A DNA stretch of 64,000 nucleotides from Antedon mediterranea (taxonomy: Eukaryota; Animalia; Echinodermata). The stretch is from positions 1,262,101 through 1,326,100 of the forward strand of contig NC_092677.1 of NCBI RefSeq assembly GCF_964355755.1, in the 5' to 3' direction. The translations under genes and the position numbers were made by a program. Shown here in pieces: positions 51,944 through 62,450 of this stretch (its first letter is position 1; the number at the start of each line of letters is the position of its first letter). A model generated the notes under the pieces. The model was given only the letters and a program-made list of their open reading frames with translations, did not search any database and had not been told where the DNA came from.

Positions 51944-53548
51944 TTACAAACGGTCAAACTGAACCTGTAGTCAATGTACAAGATGCTGTTGTCAAATTAG
52001 GTGACGATACTGTTATCAGCTGTTATTACACACTTAGTGGTACAAGAACACTTCAGGCTGTTCAGTGGTTCAGTAGCACATCAACAGGAGTTAGGTTAAA
52101 CCAACTTGTTAATAGTGCAGATACAAATTCAAATGGTAGATACGCAGTTGATACCACACAAACTGGTGTAGCTACTCTCACGATTGCAGACACAGTGTTG
52201 TCTGATGATGGATACTATCTATGTAGGATTATTGATTCACCTGCTATTGAAACTGGTGAAGATTATGGAAAACTTACTGTTCAACGTAAGTATCGGAAAT
52301 TGATAAGAAATATGAGAAAAACTAAATCCCATGCAAGATCATTAATTTATTTTGCCTTTACAAACTAGTTTTGAATTAAATAGAATTCTCTGTTAGAACA
52401 ACAACAACAAAAACGGAAACTTAGTAATACATCCACACTGTCGGTAGGTTGGTTGGAATAAACTGTTTATGCAATAATATCATTGTTTATAGTTTATCTT
52501 GTAATGAAAATAAAGCACAGGTACACAGTGAAAACTGGAAGTTTCAGTTTCAGTAATACTTATAATAATGAATGTTTTATTATCATTGCAATTGTTTATT
52601 TTCTATTTCTGTAGCATTAACGACAACTTCTTCTATATCCAGTAAGTCAACAACATGTAGGTTTTTTGCTATTTGCATTTTTATTTACGGGTTTATGTTT
52701 TTTATGTCCAGGTTTTGCATTTGTGTTAAGCATATAAAGGATAGAAATGGAAAGGGATATCCCCCTCCATCCCCATGATCTGCATGAGTGCTTAAAAGGG
52801 CAAATAATGATGACCTTTGTATATATTTGTCAACACTACATTATTGTAAATATGTTTAAAATCGCATGGTAACACTGTACTAATAATTAGTACAGTGTTA
52901 CCATGCGATTTTAAACATATTTACAATAATGTAGTGTTGACAAATATATACAAAGGTCATCATTATTTGCCCTTTTAAGCACTTAAACTAAACAATTATT
53001 GTTTAGTTTTAAGTACAGAATTTCCAAAGAGTGAGGGCGTATGTAATTCAACTGGTCTTGTTGTTGGAATGACGTTTGTTGGTGTGCTCATTGGATTCAT
53101 TCTCAGTTTGATTGTGGGTTTTATTATCATCAGCAAAATAAGGAAGACAAAGTCACAGGTGAAGTATGATTTAGAAAGTTGACCCAACAGCAAGAATATA
53201 GGAATAAAATAACTAAATGAAATAACGCATACTTTTGGTAATGGAAAAGTATTTTAACATTTAATATGATGTCTTATTTTAAAGGCACCGACATCGAAAA
53301 ACGCCAGCCAATCAGGGGTAAGGATGCTATACTTTAATTATTCACTTTACTCATCATCATCATCATTATTATTTTTACTATTGTCACCAATACAGCCAAT
53401 AAACGTTTACACTATTTTCATTCTTCATTATTCATGCAATAAACTTCTGTATTATTTTTAGCTGCAAGAGTATATGACTTATACTGGAGAGACAGATAAA
53501 AAAACAAACCACACATACCAAGATTTACAGAAGAAAGACGATAATTAA
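51944..53548 (+). pseudogene. IgSF receptor unit 11: no own leader, intact V 51944-52285, I-set exon mostly deleted, stalk 52615-52641, TM 53007-53158, microexon 53285-53317, tail 53462-53548 with premature TAA
   Basis: V is very similar to unit 10's V. Only the last codons of the I-set exon remain at about 52415-52448. CAA>TAA removes YVNV but keeps YQDL. Confidence 0.75.
52787..52983. repeat. Perfect 98-bp-arm palindrome (1-nt spacer) of intronic sequence
   Basis: 52787-52884 is the reverse complement of 52886-52983, and paralogous introns have only one arm. Confidence 0.92.
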
Positions 53549-54571
53549 GCTGTATATGTAAATGTTAAAGCAAAGAAGGACAACAAATAATATACATGTT
53601 TAAAATAAAATAAGTATATTATTATAATCAATAGAATGATTGCAATGGTTTGAAACTACAATCACATACCTCTTGTTGATTGTTTTTATAGAAATAGAAG
53701 AAGTGTTTTCTTTCATTTTCTATAATAAAAATGAAATGTAAATGCTGCAATGTATCATCATTATCAACAACACAGCCTATAATAGTGAAATAATCTACCA
53801 ACGGTATATAGCAACAGTAAAGATAAAATTCGTAATGTAATGTAAAAATTAAAACCATATATATACTTGCAAAATATAAAAATAAGATTAATATAATTGT
53901 ATTTCTTGCTTTGATTTTTTGGAAATAAAACGTACTTGGTTGTAGACCGACTTTAATTTCTTTCATTTGAATTAAATGTATTAATGCATATATATATATA
54001 TACGGACTATACCAGCATAAGAAGAAAAATACTACAAAAAAACTATACACAATCATTGATTTGAACACCAATACACGTTTAATTGTATTATTGTTATCGT
54101 TCTTTAAGTTAATTCGCGATATGTATTTGTCGCTTACTGCCATTTTCAAAGAGTTTAGTAAGTTCAAATGGATTTGACACGGAAGGATCAAAATATAGGA
54201 ACAAAGAAGGTTTGGCATTGTTGGGGTAAATTTCTCTTTTAGGGAAGACATTAGAAAATACCTATAAAAAATAAATAGTAGTTAGAACTACTTTATAAAT
54301 ACAATTTTTAGAAAGTCATGTGTTTTTTACTTTATTTTAAATAATTTATACTGTTTAGAAAATTAATTTGATCATCTAGATTTAGACGGAAGTACAGTGC
54401 ACTATAATTATGAGGAAGTAAATATAATATATCAGTGTGAACGGCAATTCATCATAATCATAACAATAGCAGGAATAATCAGTATTTAAGTATACAATAC
54501 AGTGGAGTATGGTAGAGTGCGATACAATAACAGCGGAATAATCATCACCTTACGAAGCGGGACAAGGCGAA

Positions 54572-57500
54572 ATGGAAGGGAAATGTAAAAGTGCGATGAT
54601 TCTTCTGATTTTTCAACTTTGTGGTTGTAGTAAGTACACATCTTTCTATCAACTATAGTGCATTGTACTTCCGTCCACATCAAGTTAACCAAATTAATCT
54701 TTAACAATAAATGATGATGATTTGTAGTACATTGAACGTTATGTTATTTCTTTTTTTTTTCAGTGGGCCAAAGTATCAACAAACTCACTGCCAAATCACA
54801 AGTTGCAATTGAAGGACAGGACGCCATTACATTACCATGTTACTACATACCAACAAACGCCGTGATCGGCAAATACTACTGGAAGAAAAACGAGATGGTA
54901 ATTGCAAGAAAGGACGACTCAGATGCTGCGTCTAGATACTCGCTGAGTAATCCAAAGCAGGGTGATACTGCAGGATATATTAGCTTGACTATAACAAATG
55001 TTAGCAGACGAGACGCAGACTCGTACACGTGTGGAGTAAACGACGAGTCTACTGGAGCTACTATACTCTTCCAGACGAAATGTACTTTAACTGTATATTG
55101 TAAGTAATATGATAGTAATACAATTAAATTTATGCAAATATTAATGCGTATTCTTTCGGTTCTTATTGGAATAAATGTTGTGCAACACAGAATTAATTAT
55201 GTTTCTGCATCAACGACATTGCTTATCTTAATGACAGATTTGGTTAATTTATTTAATTATTTATAATTCCCAGCAATGTTTTAACTGTATATATGAACTG
55301 TTTTATAAGTTGTTTTGTGACTGTGTAATTTGGTAGTAGTCACTGTCATACTGTAGGCCTAGATTTAAAAGTAACACATCCAAATGCCAACTTCAAGTCA
55401 ATGGCTACCAGATGTCTCTGTGAGACGGTTATTTGAACCAGTACCAGTACCAGTTAAGCCATCTCTGTCAGTACTAGGTGATTTGGAAGTTGTAAGAGTG
55501 AGCAAAGTTGCAATGTCTTGCAGCTCGACAGTAGCTTATGAAAAATGACAAGAACATGGTTCCATGACAATAATATTTTGAAATTTGAAAATAATACACT
55601 AGAAATTGAAAATGTTGACAAAGAATGAACGACAGTACAGCTGCAAAGTGGAAAAACTAATTTTTATTTGGTGAAAATGGGAAAAATTGTAACTCAATAA
55701 CACTAATTAGCCTTAGAGGTAAAAATGTTGTACGGTGGTTAGCCCACTGAGGAAAGGAAAATTACCACCGGAAATTTAGAAAAAAATTTAAAACAAATGG
55801 TCTGTGGTATTTTCGAAATACTATAGGTAAATTGAGAAAATTATACTGCAGTGACAGAGATTCAATTGCTTTTGGTCTTGTAAATGTAGTTCAGAGAATA
55901 AGTATACAAGTTATCTGTATCTTAGACACCAATAAACCAAGAAATATAATTATTGTACAATTTGGAATTAGTGTTAATAATATTCAAATAATACTTTTAA
56001 AAAGATACAGTATTTCTTGTAAAATAATTACACAAACCAGTAGTGGTGTTAGTAGTCTATGAGTGCTAGCTTACCTGTATAAACCGACAATAGCCCGTGC
56101 TCTCCAGAGGGAGGGCTTAGATACGAAAGTGAAAAGTTCCTAGAACACCCCTGCATTATAATGGACCCGTCCGCAACCACGCCCTCATGTGGGAACGTAC
56201 CAACGTACCACCGTCATCATTTTCCGCGTACTTGACTGCGGGGACGGCGGGAGGGAGTTTATACAGGTAAGCTAGCACTCATAGACTACTAACACCACTA
56301 CTGGTTTGTGTAGTCTATATCGTGCCTAGCTTACCTGTATAAACCGACAATAGCCAGATTAGCACCGGACTAGAACTAGTCGGCGGTGGGAGTAAGTTAA
56401 CAAAGAGCAGAGCAAGTGAGGTGTACATACCTATAACCTAGGCTTTAGCACCGCTGCTGCTACTGGCGCCATGGTTGCAGAAATGTCCCTTAAATAATGC
56501 TCAGAAAACGAAGACTGTGTCCGCCACCATGCCGCTGTCATAATGTCTGATATAGAACCGCCAGCGTACAACGCGAAGTGCTGGACGATTCATAAGCGGC
56601 CCGAGTCGCTGCCACGACCCAGTTGCAATCGTGGATTTTGCGGCCGGCCGATACGGGGGCACCGATGTGACGAATAAGTGAGATATACCCTCTCGCAACG
56701 TCTCTGTACGGTGGATGTAGAATTTGAGTGCTCTTACCGGGCACCAGGATGTGTCCTCTACTACCCCCGAGAATGCGGACATTGATGGAACGAACACAGC
56801 CGGCGAAAAATTTAACGTCTGGGACTTGGCCAGAAAGTCCTTCCTGAATAATAACCGGACTCCACCACGCTCAAATCGTATATGGCCTGGCTCTAGCGTG
56901 AGCGCATGTAGCTCGCCTCAGCGTTTACATGAGGACAACGCCACCAGAAACGCTGTCTTAAGCGAGAGATTATATAATGAAGCCTTGCTCATTGGCTCAA
57001 ATGGCGGGCGAGTGAGTGCGGATAGAACGACGTTAACGTCCCAACGTGGAACTAAGACCTTAGACGGAGGTCGCTCTCTGAACATACCGCGTAACAACTG
57101 CGTGATTACTGCGGAAGTTGAAAACCGTCGAGCCATTCTTGAATGGCGGCGTAATGGCCGCAATCGCGGACCGGTAGCCTGACACCGTGCGCACTTGCAA
57201 GCATGATTCGTACAGGTAATGCAGAAAAGCGCAGATCTGACCCAAGGATATCGCCTTATGGTCTATGTTATCTTGTCCGCACCAGCGAAAGAAGTGTCGT
57301 AGACGGCTGTTGTAGACAGTGAGAGTCGACTCTCTTCCAGATGATATGCCCGAGTCTCTGAGCTGTTCCCTGACCATGGCCAAACAGTCAGGTTCAGGGA
57401 TTGTAGATTGATCGTCGAGAACCTCGCACGATTTTGCGTCAGTAGATCCGCGCGGACCGGAAGACGCAGCGGGTGATCGTAAAGAAGACTGGCAAGAAGC

Positions 57501-60500
57501 GGATACCACGCTCGACGAGGCCAGAACGGTGCGATCAACAGAACTCGGCATCGGAAGCGCTGAATGTGAGTCAGAACTATTGGTATGATCGATACCGGCG
57601 GGAACGCGTACGCCCATAAACCGTCCCATGACATGGACAGGGCATCCACCGCCCACGCACGTGCATCCCGGAATCGACTGCAGAATGTCGGGAGCTGCGT
57701 GTTCTCTGACGTCGCAAACAGGTCTATGTGCGGCCGTCCGAAGTGGTCGAATATTTGAGTGGCTATGCTCGGCAACAGACGCCATTCGGTCGGGCGTAAA
57801 GCGAGTCGGGACAGCGTGTCCGCGACTCATTCTGGCTGCCCGGAATATGCGATGCAGTCAGCGTTATTCTGTGCGCGATGCACCAGTGTATGAGCGTCCA
57901 TGTGTGGTAGCAAAGAGTCGGAGACTCCGTGCCTCCTTGTCGGTTGATGTACGCGACCACGGTTGTGTTGTCCGAGCAGACATGGACGTGTGAATTTTTT
58001 ATGTTTGGAAGTAGCGCTTTCAACGTTCGGTCTACTGCCCAAAGTTCTAAGAGATTGATGTGGGCTAACGCCTCCTCGGCACTCCAAACGCCGGAGACGT
58101 GACTCTGGTTGGAGCAACCGCCCCAACCCGCTTCGGACGCGTCCGTTTCTATTCGGGTGTCCGGAATTGATCTCTGAATTGATCTGCCCACTAACAATCG
58201 GCCGTCCGTTAGCCACCATTGGAGGTGCGTTACAATGAACGCCGACATCGGGACCACTTTGTCTAATGAGTCTGAACCTGGCCGGTAGAAGGCTAACAGA
58301 TGAACTACAGCGGCTGCATCCGTAGCCGACAAAACGGAACTAGATCTACAAAGCTGGCTGGGAAACCTAGCGTTCTCAGCCAGTCGTATGCTGTCGGAGC
58401 GGAAGCGGTAATCAGGCCTTGTATAGCAGCAAGGGCTTTGGTTACTCGTTTCTGTGAGGGGCACACTCTGCCCGACACGAGATCTATCTGCGCTCCGAGA
58501 TACATGGGATGCTGAGTCGGCACCAGGCACAACTTTTCCCGGTTCACTATGAACCCTACGCGTTCCGTTACGAGAAGGACGCAATTGAGACTGCTCACCA
58601 GCCGGTCCTTGGACTGAGCCACGATTAACCAGTCGTCTAGATACATGAATATGCGAATGCCGTGCTTGTGAAAGAACGCACCGAGCGCTCGAACTATGCG
58701 CGTGAACACGCGCGGAGCCGTTGATAGGCCGAACGACATCGCGACGAACTGGTGAAGACAATTGTTGATTCGAAACCGCAACCAACGTTGGTCTTCTTTT
58801 GCGATTGGTACGTGAAAGTACACATCTTTTAAATCTGTCGATGCGGCCCAGTCTCCTCGTCTTAGCCCTAACAGGATCGATGAGACTGTCTCCATCCGAA
58901 ACCTGCGGGGCCGAATAAATCGTTTGTTCAGACGTCTTAGATTTATAATTGGTCGCCAGTCCCCCGAGGACTTCTTGGTTAAGAATACGGTTGATTCGTG
59001 GCCCGAGCCCGCATGATGTTCTTCGACCCTTACTACGGCTCCTTTTTGGAGCAGCGCGGCAATCCCGTCCATAAGCACTCGTTGCTTTATTGGATCTTTG
59101 GGGATTGTGGTCGGACGAGGACCTCCACACACTGGAGGGCTCGTAAATTCTATGCGGTAGCCGTAGCTAAGTGTGGAGAGAATCCAGCTGTCTACCATCA
59201 GCTACTCCCACTCTCGGACGAACCGTAGGAGACGACCTCCCACTGGTCCGGCCCCCGACGGCACGGACCTCGCCTGCACGTTACCGGCACCTGCGGTCAC
59301 CACGTCGCAAACCGCGGTCCCGACGTGCTCCCCTACCCGGCTTACCGCCACGCGCGGGGCGGGAATTACGGGGTCGCGACGGCCCAGGAGTCTGCCCAAC
59401 CTCAGACTGATTACGGACCGACGGCGGCGGTTGTGAGATCGATGGCACCACCGGCAGTGGGGCTGGAGGCGTTTTGCGTGATCTCGTCTCGCGACGTGCC
59501 TCTCGCTCGCGAGCCCACTTATTTTTCTTCTCGGCGAAATTACCGTAGAAGAGATCCACAGCACCGAACGACCCGCTAGTTGTGAAGCGGTCAATTGACC
59601 CTCCGCACGGTGGCCGAGGTCATTGAAATTGTCACTTGTTGGTCCACGACCAGGCCCGTAAACTGCTGAAGCAAGCAGATCACGTCCGCGTCAAGGTGCC
59701 GTGGATGGTCCGGATCCGCGAGGAATGACAGAAGGTAGCCCGACATCAAGACCGTTCGTAACGACCGCGATTAGCGCCTCCTCAGTTCTGGCGGCCGAAG
59801 GAGACAGAAATCTGCCGTTGGCGTCGAGACCTTGATCCTCGCGCGCACGCTTCTTTCGCTGCATCCGGGATCGGTGGTGCCGATATATAGCGTTGAAAAC
59901 TGGTCCTGCGGAGGCGGGAAGGCTGCTGCGAGATCTTGAGATGCAGCTCTACGGGTTTTAGGCTCCTTCGCTATAGCCTCTACCCTAACGACAAGTTCGG
60001 GATCCAGCGGCGCAACTGGACAAGTCGTGACCCGCTTCAATGGAGCACGCACCCCAAAGGTAGAGTACCTCTTCGAAGCCGGCGCGGGCGTCGGCGCGTC
60101 ATAGGCGTACTCTACTCAAATGTACAAAAGTACAGCAGGAACCACACGATTGACAAGAGCCTGCAAACCGTCTCCACCCTGTGCGATCCTCACTAGGCAG
60201 CGAGGTCATGGTCCTGTCACTGTCGTACCCACCGACATCCGGCGATGGGTGCGTCCCTCGACCTTGAAAGTACTGCGGAGGCAGAACTGGCACAGGAGGA
60301 TAATTAAGCGAGGATGCCGAGGGCACAACCTCCCTCGGTAGAGCTCGCACCGCTGCCGCGATGGCCTCCAGTACGGGTGGGAACAAACCCTCGTCCTGCG
60401 TACCACTCTGCGGTGGAGGCGCAGCGGCCGTTGCAAGCGCGCGGTCTCTTCTACTAGCGGGGCCACCTGAACCTCCACGGGTGCGGGGTCTACCACCCGC

Positions 60501-62450
60501 ACACGCCCCAACGGACGTCCGGACCGCGAAGCCGTCCAACGTACAAAAACGTCGCACGGCGACTCCTGGCTACAGGTGCGGCAGTGAATGCACAGCAAGT
60601 GGCGGTCCCACTTGACTGTCGCACGCTGGCCCCTGCATTGCCAACATTCAGACTTAGGCATATCCGGGCACAGAACGCAACCTAGCAAGATAAAGAACAA
60701 TACCACCTGACGACGGCTTTGTTGTTGTTTCACGCAACAGTGCGTCCACGCCTCAGCTGAGGCAGTCCAGGTGGCAATGCAAATTGCTTTTCCTTTGTCT
60801 TCCGGTAGCGTGGCCGTTCCGGCCTAAAATCCAACGAAGTGGGTGTTGTTTTCTCCTTCTTAATCTTCCTTATATCTAAGGAAGACCCTCGGATCAACGA
60901 TATATGAACAATATCAACTGCTGGTACTGCAACAGGCCGTGGGAATACACTCAATATCCTGGCCAAGTCAACTAGTAATCAGCGTAATAGAAATCTTTGT
61001 ATAGTATGTACAGTGTACAATCCTAACACTTGGTATCATACGACGTAACGCTCTCACGTTACGAAAGAAAATGATGACGGTGGTACGTTGGTACGTTCCC
61101 ACATGAGGGCGTGGTTGCGGACGGGTCCATTATAATGCAGGGGTGTTCTAGGAACTTTTCACTTTCGTATCTAAGCCCTCCCTCTGGAGAGCACGGGCTA
61201 TTGTCGGTTTATACAGGTAAGCTAGGCACGATATAGACTGGGTTGTAAAATGATGACAGTGGGTTATAACCCAATTAAAATTTTACTGAGACCTCTAGCA
61301 CGGGCTATAACAGAAGTGCCGGGCATGTGTCGCTATACAAAAAAGCAATTAATTTGGTAGCTACCCTATAACAACATAATAGGAAAAAGAGGATGTGAAA
61401 ACTCTAATATCTAATATTGTAATCATGCCTTTTCCTATTGTAAATTTTGCAAATGCTATTATCAATCCTATTTTAATTTCGCCATTACAGATCTTGAAAA
61501 ACCAATTCTTAATCCAACACAATTGTTTACAAATATTGGTGAAACAGCAACATTCACATGTACTGAACCTGATGGTTTACCACCGATTAACATCACATGG
61601 ACCAAAGATGATGTCATCCTTGATTATTCTGATACACAAAAGTATCGGTTTTTTTATGCTACATTAACAATTAATAGAGTAGATGAAGAAGATGAGGGAG
61701 TTTATCAGTGTAAAGCAGAGAATGCTGCTTATCATGGAATGCAAGGAAAACTAAGCAATAATGTTACTCTCATCACATTAGGTGGGTACGATTGGAATAA
61801 CAATAGTTCTATAACTGTTAACTGATACAGTGAATACATACTATTATATAAACATACATTTCATTCTTTCCTTACCAATTTTTTTTAAATAGTTTTACAT
61901 GGTATGGATAGCAATGGTGAGGTATACAGAGCACATCTAACACACAGCGAAAGTTTATTTTTTATTATGCATGCGTTTTAAAATATGAACGCATGATAAG
62001 TTTCGATAATAATGCTTGTTTATTTGTTTGTTTTTTTTTAAACATTGACGATTACTTCTATATCCTAAGTCAACAATAAGAAGTACGTTGCACTTTAAAT
62101 TGTAAATTTCCGGGTTTGGTGTCCACATAGACTAGCATGGAAATGTTTGTTTTGCTGCGAAACGATACCGAATGTTTCTTGATTTTGTTTCCTTAAAACC
62201 AATCAATGTCATTATCGGTTTTTGTTTTAATAGTAATAGCGAAAATTAGTAATAGAAGCCAACAAGCTGAAGAGAAAATATACATGTGTGTTCCTTGGAT
62301 CTGTACTTATACGCTCTTCATATTTATCACTTGTATTTTATTATAAAAGGTTCAACTTCGACGGGTCTTGTTGTTGGAATGACGTTTGTTGATGTGCTCA
62401 TTGGATTCATTATCTGTTTGCTTGTTGATTTTATCATCAGCAAATTATAG
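54572..62450 (+). CDS. IgSF receptor unit 12 (leader 54572-54629, divergent V 54764-55099, I-set 61491-61781, TM 62350-62450 ending in TAG); putative tail-less protein of about 261 aa or pseudogene
   Basis: Leader, V and I-set exons are open and phase 1. Stalk splice sites are mutated. TM has two G>D changes and an immediate stop. The microexon and tail (about 62606-62900) are decayed. Confidence 0.55.
56029..61239 (-). mobile_element. DIRS1-like tyrosine-recombinase retrotransposon with ITRs and ICR; ORFs frameshifted
   Basis: RT (WRPIINL, DLKDVYFH, FGLSTAPRVFT, YLDDWLI), RNase H (ETDAS..GWG, HINLLEL, SDNTTVV), DIRS methyltransferase-like domain (IDLFA, YAFPP) and YR fragments (YRSAIA, LKTAFLVALSS.KR, CPVRALKFY). 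ITRs at about 56066-56224 and 61068-61224, and an internal complementary region at about 56258-56355 joining both termini. Confidence 0.92.
58305..59198 (-). pseudogene. DIRS reverse transcriptase segment (frameshifted before RNase H)
   Basis: YLDD-containing ORF that stops at 58305. The RNase H region continues in a different frame (ORF 57763-59130). Confidence 0.85.

Noticed and set aside
2094-53193. Recurrent minus-strand ORFs containing MNPMSTPTNVIPTTRPVEL
   Set aside because: They are the antisense reading of the conserved TM exon, with variable starts and ends and no splice or domain support.
9979-55099. V(D)J-like somatic rearrangement or RSS signals next to V exons
   Set aside because: V exons already include the G strand and end in ordinary GT donors. 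CACAGTG occurrences (e.g. within NTVLSD codons) have no properly spaced ACAAAAACC nonamer that I could find, and there are no separate J segments.
56724-60615. Numerous plus-strand ORFs in the GC-rich segment; possible bacterial HGT or contamination
   Set aside because: Explained by the GC-rich DIRS element whose genes lie on the minus strand; it is bounded by ITRs and embedded in a host intron.
1368-61781. One giant multi-Ig gene (hemicentin/Dscam-like) instead of many genes
   Set aside because: Most units have their own leader, TM, stop-containing tail exon and 3' UTR-like sequence, which indicates separate genes; only occasional cross-unit splicing remains possible.
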